Positions 38,710-48,447 are shown, numbered from the stretch's first letter. The stretch: 64,000 nt of DNA from Sedimentisphaerales bacterium (GCA_040772485.1 JAXGYC010000010.1:160001-224000); one strand, 5' to 3'. Notes: generated by a model not told the origin, from the sequence alone. Translations and numbers: made by a program.

Positions 38710-40269
38710 ATGAGACTGGTGTATTGGCTTGGACTGGGAATGCTGCTGGCAGCCGTCTCGGCCGTAACGGCAGCGCCGGTGGAGGTGGGCAGCGGGGTGA
38801 ACGAGGCGCGCGTCTATATCGAGTGGGCGGATGGTTTCCGCATCGAGTATCTGGTCCGTTTCGGCCTGACCGAGGCCGACACGACCACCGGCCTCGGACT
38901 GCTGGACATCATCGAGGCGGAATCGGAGCTGGCCGTCGCGAGAGTCGATTACGGCTGGGGCATTGCGGTCGACGGCTTGCGGTATCAGGACCACAACGAC
39001 GTCGGCTATGGCGGAGGCGACCTGTGGTGGCATTACTGGACCGACAACGCCGGCAGCCGCGAGAGCTGGGTGTCGCCCTTGACCGGCGCCGCCGACCGGG
39101 TCGTGTGCCACGGCGACGCCGATGGATGGATCTACGGTCACGGCAATGCGCCGAAACCGGCGTGGGAGATCCTTTTCCTGTCCGGATATGGGCAGTACGC
39201 ACACGATGCCAATGACTTCGCCACGGCGTGGGTTGACTACCAGCCCAGCGGCATGATGAACGACTGGCTCAACGGAATTCCGTTCAACGATCCGAACGCG
39301 GCCCTGGGACGGCCCACGGTCGACACCACCGGCGACGACTGGTCGATCCCGCTGAACGCCTCCGCACCGGTGGTGCCGGTCTACCCGGCCTTCCGCCAGT
39401 TTGAAACGGTCTTCCTCGGGGAGGGAGGATCCATCACGCTAGCCTTCAGCCACCCGGTCCGCGATGACGAGCGCAATCCGTACGGCTTCGACTTTCTGGT
39501 GTTCGGCAACGCCCCACAGACACTGGCCGCGGGACAGAACTGGGACAATGGCGATCCTGCCGAGGTGATCGTGGGCGATTCGGGCGGCAGCGAGCCCGGC
39601 ATCGTCTCGGTCAGCCAGGACGGCGCGACATGGTACAGCTTCACCAGCGATCCCAGCTTCATGGCCGACGATCCCAACTTCATCAAGCTGCCGCCTGACG
39701 CCGAGGATGGCCCCTTCTGCGACGGGTTCGCTCCGACGCTGGGCCGCGTGTACGATCCGTGCCATGCCGATGCGTCGATCGGCGAGTGGAACCTGTGGTG
39801 GGCCGAGCCGGCCAATCCCACGCTGCCGGTCGATCCCAACCTGTCTTTCGAGGCGCTGGCCGGCCGCTCCGTGGCCCGCGTCGCGCAGACCTACGGCGAC
39901 TCGGCCGGTGGGACCGGGTATGACATCGCCCGGCTCGATCTGCCCCTCGATCTCCAGACGCAGCGCAAGTGGTTCCGGTACGTTCGCATCGACGACGCGC
40001 CTGGGGGCGGCGCGCCCGAGATCGATGCGGTCGCCGACGTGAGCTGCCCGGGTGACTATAAACATCCCGCGCCTCTCGGCGACGTCAATGGCGACTGGCG
40101 CGTGGACGCGACAGATGAGGCTATCGTGACGGAGCACCTCGGCGTCGAGATCGCGCATGACAACGATCCGACCGCAGTAGCTGACTTCAACGCCGACGGC
40201 CGGGTCGACGAAGCCGACCTCGAGATCGTCCAGGCGAATATCGGAACGATCGCCTGGGGACAGAAATAG
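38710..40269 (+). CDS. Secreted multidomain surface protein with C-terminal dockerin-like duplicated EF-hand motifs (B12-regulated)
   Basis: GGAGG RBS; signal peptide; LGEGGSITLAF…DFLVFGN…SEPGIVSVSQDG beta-sandwich; GDVNGDWRVDATD and ADFNADGRVDEADL. Confidence 0.82.
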   Translation: MRLVYWLGLGMLLAAVSAVTAAPVEVGSGVNEARVYIEWADGFRIEYLVRFGLTEADTTTGLGLLDIIEAESELAVARVDYGWGIAVDGLRYQDHNDVGYGGGDLWWHYWTDNAGSRESWVSPLTGAADRVVCHGDADGWIYGHGNAPKPAWEILFLSGYGQYAHDANDFATAWVDYQPSGMMNDWLNGIPFNDPNAALGRPTVDTTGDDWSIPLNASAPVVPVYPAFRQFETVFLGEGGSITLAFSHPVRDDERNPYGFDFLVFGNAPQTLAAGQNWDNGDPAEVIVGDSGGSEPGIVSVSQDGATWYSFTSDPSFMADDPNFIKLPPDAEDGPFCDGFAPTLGRVYDPCHADASIGEWNLWWAEPANPTLPVDPNLSFEALAGRSVARVAQTYGDSAGGTGYDIARLDLPLDLQTQRKWFRYVRIDDAPGGGAPEIDAVADVSCPGDYKHPAPLGDVNGDWRVDATDEAIVTEHLGVEIAHDNDPTAVADFNADGRVDEADLEIVQANIGTIAWGQK

Positions 40270-40373
40270 CACCAACGGAAAAACCGAACGTCTCTGCGGG
40301 CCGGCGCCGACGCGCCGGCCCGCATGAGGCGGCAGCATGTTGTAGAGTGGGCCTTCAACCCACGCACCGACTT

Positions 40374-41168
40374 ATGCGAAGAGAACGGCACCATGATGGC
40401 TTCAGTCTCGTCGAGACGCTGGTGGTCGTGTCCACGACGACACTGCTCGTCGGTCTCCTGCTGCCTTCGCTCCAGGCCGTTCGGCAGCAGGCGCAGAGGA
40501 CGCTGTGTCTGAGCAACCTGCGTCAGATGGCGATCGCGGTCCAGAGCTACGCCAGCGTCTACGACGGGCATTATCCACTGGCATACTACAATCGCCGGGA
40601 GGGCTTGGTCCCCTATTTCTATGCGTGGGACTTCACGACCTGGAAGGACTGGTCCGACGCGACGAACCCCAATCGCGTCCAGGCCGGCCTGCTGTGGATG
40701 GGCCGGGTCGTCGAGAAAGTCCATCAGTGTCCGGGTTTCAGCGGCGCCGGCAATTCGCTGGCCGATCCTTATACCGGCTACAATTACAACACCAGTTATA
40801 TCGGACTGAACGACCTCCTGTCGCCGGCCGATTCCTCGCAGGTCGCCGACGTGCGGCGTCCCTCCGAAACCGCCCTGTTCGGCGACGGCCAATGCACCGA
40901 TGGCGGCGCCAACAAGTACATGCGTGCCCCGTTCCCGCACCCTGGTGACACATTGCTCCCCGATTCGGCGCGACACGCCGGCGCGCAGGGCTACCGCCAT
41001 CTGGGCCGGACCAACGTCGCTTTCTGCGATGGCCACGCCCGATCCTGGCAGGAAATCCACACCGAAACCGATCCGGCCGCCAAAGAGGTCCTCGACAGGC
41101 ACAACGCGACAGACGACATCCAGATCGGCTTCCTCTCGGCCGCCAACGACCTCTACGATTTGAAGTGA
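40374..41168 (+). CDS. Prepilin-type N-terminal cleavage/methylation protein with H-X9-DG motif (DUF1559-like)
   Basis: G|FSLVE class III signal, LLLPSLQAVR…CLSNLRQM, YNYN, RHLGRTNVAFCDGH. Confidence 0.9.
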   Translation: MRRERHHDGFSLVETLVVVSTTTLLVGLLLPSLQAVRQQAQRTLCLSNLRQMAIAVQSYASVYDGHYPLAYYNRREGLVPYFYAWDFTTWKDWSDATNPNRVQAGLLWMGRVVEKVHQCPGFSGAGNSLADPYTGYNYNTSYIGLNDLLSPADSSQVADVRRPSETALFGDGQCTDGGANKYMRAPFPHPGDTLLPDSARHAGAQGYRHLGRTNVAFCDGHARSWQEIHTETDPAAKEVLDRHNATDDIQIGFLSAANDLYDLK

Positions 41169-41188
41169 CGGCCCATCCGGCCTATAAT
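41160..41188 (+). promoter_or_regulatory. Promoter for comF (probably a leaderless transcript)
   Basis: TTGAAG-17 nt-TATAAT; in-frame ATG 7 nt downstream at 41196. Confidence 0.6.
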
Positions 41189-41195
41189 GGTCGGC

Positions 41196-41972
41196 ATGCG
41201 GTCGCCAGCAATCCATCTTGCTCTCGGTCAGGCCAAACAACTGTCACGGCTGGCCTGGCAGGGGCTCCATCAGGTGCTCTGGCCACCGGCGTGTCTGTGT
41301 TGCGGCGGGCAGGCGGGACCCGACAATAGCGGGCTGTGCTCAGGCTGTTGGGATCAACTGCTGACGAGCACGTCCGGCGAGTACTGCCTTCGGTGCGGAC
41401 GGGACGCCAGCCGGTATGGGCTCGTGGACGGGGCCTGTCCGGCCTGCCAGGCGATGGAGACTCACTTCGATGGAATCGCCCGTGCTGGGATCTACACTGA
41501 GACGCTACGCCAGATGATCCTGATGTTCAAGCACGACCGCACGGAATTGGAGGCCCTGCTCGGTTCGCTGGCCGATGCGGCCTTCCAGGGAAGTCCCTTC
41601 TACGAGCAGATCGAGCTGCTCGTCCCGGTCCCCCTGCACTGGACCCGTCGCCTGGCTCGAGGCTACAACCAGTCACGTCGGATCGCCGGGCGGCTCAGGC
41701 ATCCGACCGCCCGAATCTGCCCGGACCTCGTCCGCGTCCGCCGCACCAAGGCCCAGCCCGCCGCAGCCACTGCCGCCGCAAGGCAGCGCAACGTCGAGGG
41801 CGCCTTCGCGGTCCGGCCCGACCACCGGTACGCCGGCAAGACCGTCTGCCTCGTCGACGACATCAAGACCACCGGCGCGACCCTCAACGAGTGCGCCAAG
41901 ACGCTCAAACTGGCCGGCGCCGCACGGGTCTATGCCCTGGTCCTGGCCGTCGCCGGACAGGACCTGGGTTGA
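41196..41972 (+). CDS. comF: ComF-family protein (double zinc ribbon plus PRTase domain)
   Basis: Four CxxC pairs, VPVPLH…RGYNQS, LVDDIKTTGATL. Confidence 0.88.
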   Translation: MRSPAIHLALGQAKQLSRLAWQGLHQVLWPPACLCCGGQAGPDNSGLCSGCWDQLLTSTSGEYCLRCGRDASRYGLVDGACPACQAMETHFDGIARAGIYTETLRQMILMFKHDRTELEALLGSLADAAFQGSPFYEQIELLVPVPLHWTRRLARGYNQSRRIAGRLRHPTARICPDLVRVRRTKAQPAAATAAARQRNVEGAFAVRPDHRYAGKTVCLVDDIKTTGATLNECAKTLKLAGAARVYALVLAVAGQDLG

Positions 41973-41996
41973 TAGAGCACAGAAGAAAGGAGTGAC

Positions 41997-44180
41997 ATGC
42001 TGACGACTGCCCTGCTGACCACCGTGACAATACTGCTTGCCGTCCCGCCCGGCTACGCTGACCGGCTCGACACGGATTGGCTCGTGACGCCGGTTCGCCA
42101 AGAGGTGACCGTCGAGAAGAGCGACGATGGCCGTGAGATCGTCATGGACAACGGCCTGATCCGCCGCACGTTTCGCCTGAAGCCGAACGCCGCCACCGTC
42201 GCCCTCGACAATCTCAGGACGGGCGAGTCGATGCTGCGCGGCGTCAAGCCCGAGGCCAGCCTGACAATCGACGGCATGTCCTTCGACATCGGCGGACTCA
42301 GAGGCCAGCCCAACTACGCCTACCTGCTCGACGAGTGGAAAGACGCTCTGACGTTCGATCCGAACGCATGGCAGTTCATCGATTACCAGATCGACCAGAC
42401 CCGAGCGCGGTTCGCCTGGAAGCGGGTGCGCCACTGCACCGATCTGCCCTGGCCACCACGCGGTGTGTCGCTGACCATAGCGTACGGGCTCTCCGATCAG
42501 GCCAGGAAGACTCTGGGTCCCAGCCGCGCTTACCTCGACAGCGTGGCCGTCCAGATCCACTACGAGATGTACGAAGGGATCCCCCTGATGTGCAAGTGGC
42601 TGACGATCCACAACGGCTCGGATCGGCCGATTCGCCTCAACCGCTTCACCAGCGAGATCCTGGCGATGGTCGAGTACGAGTCGGAGGTGGACCGCTACGA
42701 GCGGTGGCGCGTGCCGAACCTTCACGTCGAGAGCGACTACGCCTTTGCCGGCATGAACGCCTCGGTGGCCAATCACACCACGCACTGGGTGCGCGACCCG
42801 GAGTACCTGACACAGGTGAACTACCTGCGAGAGAACCCGTGTCTGCTGGAGTCGCGTCCGCCGGTCGGGCCGGAGATCGACATTCCGCCGGGCGAGACGT
42901 TCGAGTCGTTCCGGACATTCGAACTCGCCTTCGACAGCACCGAGCGCGAGCGCAACGGCCTGGCGGTCCGCCGCATGTACCGCACCATCGCGCCGTGGAT
43001 CACCGAGAACCCGATCATGATGCACGTGCGTCAGGCCGATCCGGATTCGGTGCGGCTGGCAGTCGATCAGTGTGCCGAGGTCGGCTTCGAGATGGTCATC
43101 ATGACATTCGGCAGCGGGTTCAACCTCGAGAACGAGGACCCCGCGTATCTGGCCCAGTTGAAGGAACTGGCCGACTACGCCCACAGCAAAGGCATCGAGA
43201 TCGGAGGCTATTCGCTGCTGTCGAGCCGGCGGATCAGCGACGAAGACGACGTCATCGACGTCGCGACGGGCAAGCCCGGCGGCGCTCTGTTCGGCAACGC
43301 CCCCTGCCTCGGCAGCCGGTGGGGACAGGACTACTTCCGGAAGCTCTATGCTTTTTACAACAAGACCGGCTTCGACCTGCTCGAACACGACGGCTCCTAT
43401 CCCGGCGACACCTGCGCCTCGCAGAGCCATCCCGGCCATCGCGGCTACGAGGATTCGCAGTGGACCCAGTGGAAGACGATCACCGAGTTCTACAAGTGGT
43501 GCCGGAGCCGCGGCGTCTATCTGAACGTCCCCGACTTCTACTACCTGACCGGCTCGACAAAGTGCGGCATGGGCTATCGCGAGACGAACTGGTCGCTGCC
43601 GCGTGCCCAGCAGATCCTCCACGGCCGGCAGAACATCTACGACGGGACCTGGACGAAGACCCCCAGCATGGGCTGGATGTTCGTGCCCCTGACGGAATAC
43701 CACGGGGGCGGTCCGGCGGCCACCATCGAGCCGCTGCGCGATCACCTCGACGCCTACGAGGCCCATCTGGCCAACAACTTCGGGGCGGGCGTACAGGCCT
43801 GCTATCGCGGCCCGCGCCTGTACGATTCCGATGAGACCAAGGCCGTGGTCAAGACGTGGGTGGATTTCTTCAAGCGATACCGTGACATTCTCGAATCGGA
43901 CGTCATCCACTTGCGACGGGCCGATGGACGGGACATCGACGGCCTCCTCCACGTGAACCCGCAGCTAAAGATCAAAGGCCTGGCGATGATCTACAACCCC
44001 CTCGACCGCCCCGTGGAACGAAATCTGACGCTGCCGCTGTACTACACGGGCCTGACCGACACCGCCCGCATCCGCGAGAAGGAAGGCGACTGGCAACCTT
44101 ACAAGCTCGACCGCCGCTACAACGTCACGATCCCTCTTCGCGTCGAGCCGGCCGGCGTCACCTGGCTTGTCATAGAGTAA
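41997..44180 (+). CDS. Secreted alpha-galactosidase-like (GH36-related) protein
   Basis: AAGGAG RBS; signal peptide; TIM-barrel-like core (GFEMVIMTFGSG, DLLEHDGSYPG); family assignment from recall only. Confidence 0.6.
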   Translation: MLTTALLTTVTILLAVPPGYADRLDTDWLVTPVRQEVTVEKSDDGREIVMDNGLIRRTFRLKPNAATVALDNLRTGESMLRGVKPEASLTIDGMSFDIGGLRGQPNYAYLLDEWKDALTFDPNAWQFIDYQIDQTRARFAWKRVRHCTDLPWPPRGVSLTIAYGLSDQARKTLGPSRAYLDSVAVQIHYEMYEGIPLMCKWLTIHNGSDRPIRLNRFTSEILAMVEYESEVDRYERWRVPNLHVESDYAFAGMNASVANHTTHWVRDPEYLTQVNYLRENPCLLESRPPVGPEIDIPPGETFESFRTFELAFDSTERERNGLAVRRMYRTIAPWITENPIMMHVRQADPDSVRLAVDQCAEVGFEMVIMTFGSGFNLENEDPAYLAQLKELADYAHSKGIEIGGYSLLSSRRISDEDDVIDVATGKPGGALFGNAPCLGSRWGQDYFRKLYAFYNKTGFDLLEHDGSYPGDTCASQSHPGHRGYEDSQWTQWKTITEFYKWCRSRGVYLNVPDFYYLTGSTKCGMGYRETNWSLPRAQQILHGRQNIYDGTWTKTPSMGWMFVPLTEYHGGGPAATIEPLRDHLDAYEAHLANNFGAGVQACYRGPRLYDSDETKAVVKTWVDFFKRYRDILESDVIHLRRADGRDIDGLLHVNPQLKIKGLAMIYNPLDRPVERNLTLPLYYTGLTDTARIREKEGDWQPYKLDRRYNVTIPLRVEPAGVTWLVIE

Positions 44181-44211
44181 TTGTGTCCGCTTTATCGTCA
44201 AAACGGGTTCG

Positions 44212-44994
44212 TCACAATCGCTGGTACTTGACGACGGCGCGATAGACGCCGTCGATGCGTTTGCCCTCGACCACGGTCGGCGAGTACTTCTCGTTGCGCG
44301 GCTGGAGGCGGATTTGATTCCCGGCCTCGAAAAAGACGCGCTTGAACGTCGTCTCGTGGGGCAACGTGAAGCGGACGAAGCAGTCGTCGCCGTTGCGGAC
44401 CTCGCAGGCCGGCGAGAAGATCACGATGTCGCCCTCGACGAACTTGGGCTCCATCGAGTCGCCGACGACGCGCACGGCGAACGCGTTCGGATCGTGCAGG
44501 TCGGGGCAACGGACGTAATCGTCGGCGACGCCGACGGGATAATCGAGATCGTTGAACTCGACCGGATAACCCGCCGCGACCTTGTTGATCACCGGCACGA
44601 GCCGGCCCGCCGCCAGGGCCCGCTTGCCCTCGTCGGCGCTGAGATTGCTCTTGGCCAGCATCGACTTGAGCGATCGGGCGCTGCTCTTCTTGTCGATCGC
44701 CTTTTTGAGCAACTGCCGGAGTTTCTGATTCTCGGCCTCGCGCGATTCGTACTCCTGCCGAACATCCGACGGCATGCGTTCCAGGTGGGCGATGTGCAGC
44801 AGCAGCCCCGAATCGAACTTCAACACGCGTTCGAGCTTCGTCAGCAGTTCGTCGCTGGGCGGATTCTTGACCTTGCCCGTCTCGATCGTGGACAGGTACG
44901 GCTTGGAAAACCCCACGCGGTTGCTGACTTCATCGAGAGTCAGATTCAACTGCTCACGCTTCTGTCTGATAATCTGACCGAGAGACATAGCCAT
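44212..44994 (-). CDS. XRE HTH plus S24 peptidase (LexA/CI-like) repressor
   Basis: HTH SKPYLSTIETG; VAAG cleavage site; GDSM catalytic Ser; TFKR catalytic Lys; start at 44988 or 44994. Confidence 0.9.
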   Translation of the reverse strand: MAMSLGQIIRQKREQLNLTLDEVSNRVGFSKPYLSTIETGKVKNPPSDELLTKLERVLKFDSGLLLHIAHLERMPSDVRQEYESREAENQKLRQLLKKAIDKKSSARSLKSMLAKSNLSADEGKRALAAGRLVPVINKVAAGYPVEFNDLDYPVGVADDYVRCPDLHDPNAFAVRVVGDSMEPKFVEGDIVIFSPACEVRNGDDCFVRFTLPHETTFKRVFFEAGNQIRLQPRNEKYSPTVVEGKRIDGVYRAVVKYQRL

Positions 44995-45015
44995 CCTCAA
45001 ATGCGGCCCGAAGGC

Positions 45016-46095
45016 CTATTCCACTTCCACCAGCTCGTAGTCCGCGCGGCCCAGTCCGATCCGAACCGCGTGCTCGATCTGGGTGTGCCAGTCCAGCCTG
45101 GCATTGCCGATCAGCTTGGGCACGCCCCGCCCGCCCCGGCTCTCCACCAGATCGATGGCCGCCTTGTCCACCGCCACCGGATCCATCGAGGCCAGGATGC
45201 CGATATCCTCCACCATCTTAGGCATATTCGCCCGTGCGAAGCAATCACAATCTTTAGTTACGGACATCACAAAATTGAAGAACACCGCCCTTCCCTCCTT
45301 GCCCCGGAGCGCGCCGAGAGCGTGTTCCGCGACGCTCTTCTGCAGGATTTCGTTCTCCTGCTGCCAGTCGTACGCCACAGCGTCGAACCGGCAGACGGCC
45401 ACGCACTCCGCACAGCCGATGCACTTGTCCTGGTCGATGTGGGCCTGGACATCGTCGAGGGTGATGGCGTCGGCCGGACAGTGACGGCGGCACTCGCCGC
45501 AGCGGGTGCACTTACCCTTCTTCACATGGGGCTTGAGGGCCGCGTGCTGGCGCATCTTGCCCTTGCGGCTGGAGCAGCCCATGCCCAGCGTCTTGATCGT
45601 CGCGCCCACGCAGGTGGCACAGTGGCCGGTGAAGTGCGCCACCGACAGGATCGACTGGCACCGCACGATGTCGGCCGCGATCATCACCTCCTTGTCCAGT
45701 TCGCCTTCGATGGGTACCGCCGCCTCGGCAGTCCCGAACAGCCCGTCGGGAGGAATGAACGGGATGCCCAGCCCCTCGACGCTGAAGCCGCGCTGCGTCG
45801 CCAGGACCGTGTGGTCGATGGCGTTGTGCCGCCGGCCGGTGTAGAGCGTGCTGGTGTCGGTGATGAAAGGCTTGGTCTTCAGCGTCAGAAGCTCCTCGAC
45901 GAGGCCCATCAGGCACGGGGCCTTGATGTAGGTGTTGTTGGTCTCTTCGCCGACATGGACCTTCACGGCGGTGAAGTCGTTCTTCTTAAAGCACTTGCGG
46001 AAACCGCCCGCCCGGAACAGGGTCCTGGCCTTCTCCGAGACGGCCCGTTCGCCTTCGCCGATCGATGCCTTGATGAAATAGACTTTCGAACTCAA
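45016..46095 (-). CDS. DUF362-type iron-sulfur protein with 2x[4Fe-4S] ferredoxin domain
   Basis: VKVHVGE, KTLGMGC, CTRCGECRRHCP, CIGCAECVAVC, CDC, DPVAVDKA; TTG start after GGAAGGA. Confidence 0.85.
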   Translation of the reverse strand: MSSKVYFIKASIGEGERAVSEKARTLFRAGGFRKCFKKNDFTAVKVHVGEETNNTYIKAPCLMGLVEELLTLKTKPFITDTSTLYTGRRHNAIDHTVLATQRGFSVEGLGIPFIPPDGLFGTAEAAVPIEGELDKEVMIAADIVRCQSILSVAHFTGHCATCVGATIKTLGMGCSSRKGKMRQHAALKPHVKKGKCTRCGECRRHCPADAITLDDVQAHIDQDKCIGCAECVAVCRFDAVAYDWQQENEILQKSVAEHALGALRGKEGRAVFFNFVMSVTKDCDCFARANMPKMVEDIGILASMDPVAVDKAAIDLVESRGGRGVPKLIGNARLDWHTQIEHAVRIGLGRADYELVEVE

Positions 46096-46214
46096 TTTCC
46101 GTCCTTCCAAGTATCGGGCGTTTGCCCATCCATGCCTCAGCCCATCACCACTACGTCAACCGGCTCCCTGCCCGGCGAGCTAAGACGCTCGCCCTACCGG
46201 TCCTGCCGCTGACG

Positions 46215-46318
46215 AATTGGCTTTGTTTTGCGAATCCCCTGTTCGAGCCAGATGTCATATAACCAATTATATAGAAAGTACTTACGCTCATACGGCCGGC
46301 ATCAAATTGGCTTTGTTT
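46215..46318. repeat. Pair of 14-bp direct repeats (AATTGGCTTTGTTT) flanking an AT-rich core
   Basis: Exact copies at 46215-46228 and 46305-46318 (90-bp period). Confidence 0.8.
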
Positions 46319-46627
46319 CGCATACTCGCGTCCCGAGCTACCGCCGGTCCGCCCTGCCGCCGGAAGAGCTCTTGCCGACCGCCAACCACCCAAGTTCACA
46401 TCCCGCGTCCATCGCCAGCCGTCCAAATTTGACTATCGACCATCAACCATGCCCAATTCAGTTGCCTAATTATCATACGCAAAGCCTCGTTCCTCGTCAA
46501 CCCGCTTTCGAAAATTCTTTGTCTTTTTCTCGCGTCCGGCGGAGCTATAATCATGGCGGCAGCCAAAGGAGATGCGGAAGGTGGAAGCGCGTAGCCGGCA
46601 GCCAACGCCAGGCCTTTCCAGTTCCCC

Positions 46628-47473
46628 TTGAAGATGGCGTACAACAAGCAAGGTGCAGGCAATCGCGGAGTGCTCAGCACGATGAAGCTCTTCTCTGAAC
46701 GTGGGACAGACGAACAATACGTCGAGGCCGTCCGAGCGTGGCTGGCGAACCCCAGGGGGTCGTGGAAGCGCCACATGAGCACGTGCCTGTTGCTACCGCC
46801 GATGGTTGTCGCCCTGCCCTTGCTCATCGCCAACGGGTACGAACGTCTAGCTGCTCATGAGGCCCACCCCTGGCAGATGATTTCTTTCTTCCTCGCTCAA
46901 AGGGCGGGAATCCCACTGGCTTTTGCCGCCTTCTCTCTGCGCTGGGCGGTGCGTGTTTCTCGTGGCCCCAGACTGGAACGCCTTATGATCCGGTATCACG
47001 ATGAACTGGAGAGCAAGGGCAATGGCGCCCATGTCCCCGGAGAGACAGCAGCAGATGCTTGGATCGGCTCGGCAGGAGATTCCCTCCTGTCAAGGCTGGT
47101 TCGCTACGCGTTTCGCAAAGACTACGCATTGAAGGCCCAGACGGATCAGGATTGTGTCGCCCTGGCTCGCGCATCTGTGAAACGCCAGAAGAAACTGTCC
47201 TTCTTCTTTCTTGCGATGTTGCCGGTTGAGGTTGCGCTCTGCGTGATGTGGCTTCGCTTCGTGACTTCGGACACACTTCGCCCATCGGCCTCGACGCCGT
47301 GGGGCACCTTGGCTGCAGGTCTGGCATTGGGCTTCGTTCAGGGGCTGATGCTGTGGTTCGGGCTCGAGTGTTTCCTGGAGGCACGCGAGAGCCTCCGGCA
47401 TCCCAAAGTCGCCCGGCTCATGCTCCGATACCATGATGCGGTGGCACGCCAAGCGCAGAACGGCGGATCGTGA
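46628..47473 (+). CDS. Membrane protein with an internal duplication
   Basis: Two units: TDEQYVEAVR…2TM…RLMIRYHDEL and TDQDCVALAR…2TM…RLMLRYHDAV; start uncertain. Confidence 0.65.
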   Translation: MKMAYNKQGAGNRGVLSTMKLFSERGTDEQYVEAVRAWLANPRGSWKRHMSTCLLLPPMVVALPLLIANGYERLAAHEAHPWQMISFFLAQRAGIPLAFAAFSLRWAVRVSRGPRLERLMIRYHDELESKGNGAHVPGETAADAWIGSAGDSLLSRLVRYAFRKDYALKAQTDQDCVALARASVKRQKKLSFFFLAMLPVEVALCVMWLRFVTSDTLRPSASTPWGTLAAGLALGFVQGLMLWFGLECFLEARESLRHPKVARLMLRYHDAVARQAQNGGS

Positions 47474-47555
47474 CGGCTCACTGCCGACAGGGATGTCGAT
47501 GGCGAAGAAGGTGAGAAAGAGGAATGTATCTGTCGGCAGGCAGTTCCTGCCCCCG

Positions 47556-47714
47556 CTAATCCGCTTTGGGTCTGGCGTCGGGTGAGGGATTCAGCTTCTT
47601 GTACTGATACTTTTCCTTGCGAACGGACTCGTTCCAGGTCAGCTTGACCTGCTCTTCGGAGGCGAGGAACGGTTTGTTTGTACCTCGCGACTTGCGGTAT
47701 TGATCGTTCGTCAT
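47556..47714 (-). CDS. Small basic hypothetical protein (52 aa)
   Basis: Strong AGGAGG RBS 6 nt before the ATG; host-like codon usage. Confidence 0.65.
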   Translation of the reverse strand: MTNDQYRKSRGTNKPFLASEEQVKLTWNESVRKEKYQYKKLNPSPDARPKAD

Positions 47715-48090
47715 GTTCGACCTCCTACATCTCAAATCAGGTGGCGCGGCCCTCTGCATCGAACGCGAGTCTTCTCGAAGGCGTGCCAAGCCGGGAGAAA
47801 GGATTCGGGAGATGGGTCTTGAGGCCGGTGATGGTATCGATGCCAAAGGATCGCGCTTCAAGGCTTCATCAGGCGATCATCCCAAGTTCGCAACAGCGAA
47901 CCAGTCTCCATCATACCACGTCATAGCGGCCACTCAAGCGGTTTCACGCGATCACCTCCGAAATACTCCAAATGCCCCTCTCACCGGCGGTATATCGGAA
48001 AGCCCATGCAGCATCCGGCGGGGCGCGCCCAGCGTCTTTGGCCCGGCCGGGCGCAGGCGTAACTATTTCGTATTTTGGCGATTTATTTTG

Positions 48091-48119
48091 TTGACATATG
48101 GGAGAGGCACCGATATAAT
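48091..48119 (+). promoter_or_regulatory. Consensus sigma70 promoter of the cold-shock gene
   Basis: TTGACA-17 nt-TATAAT with AT-rich upstream element. Confidence 0.85.
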
Positions 48120-48223
48120 ACAGGTCTTGTAAAGGAGTACGCTTTCCTCCCTCGAAGTTTACCCTGTCAACAAGCAGAGGGAAAGTACGTTTGCAGGCCG
48201 AATCGGCCTCAGGAGAAGAGCAC

Positions 48224-48427
48224 GTGGCAACAGGAACAGTAAAGTGGTTCAACGAGAGCAAAGGATTCGGTTTCATCAGCCCCGCCGGTGGCGGCGACGA
48301 TTTGTTCGTCCACCACTCAGAGATCAGGACCCAGGGCTACGCCTCCCTCAGTGAGGGCCAGACGGTGAGCTTCGAGGTCGGACAGGGCAAAAAGGGCCCG
48401 TGTGCGACCAACGTCACCCCCGGTTAA
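48224..48427 (+). CDS. cspA: Cold-shock protein
   Basis: [30 protein letters not shown] with GTG start. Confidence 0.95.
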   Translation: MATGTVKWFNESKGFGFISPAGGGDDLFVHHSEIRTQGYASLSEGQTVSFEVGQGKKGPCATNVTPG

Positions 48428-48447
48428 GCTCCACCAAGCACCAGATC

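Noticed and set aside
46215..46318. CRISPR array
   Set aside because: Only two 14-bp repeats with a 76-bp spacer and no cas genes
46553..46627. Stop-codon readthrough extending the 46628 ORF (ATG 46553, in-frame TAG 46592)
   Set aside because: No supporting signal; more simply a chance short ORF
44212..48000. Prophage
   Set aside because: No integrase, structural or replication genes
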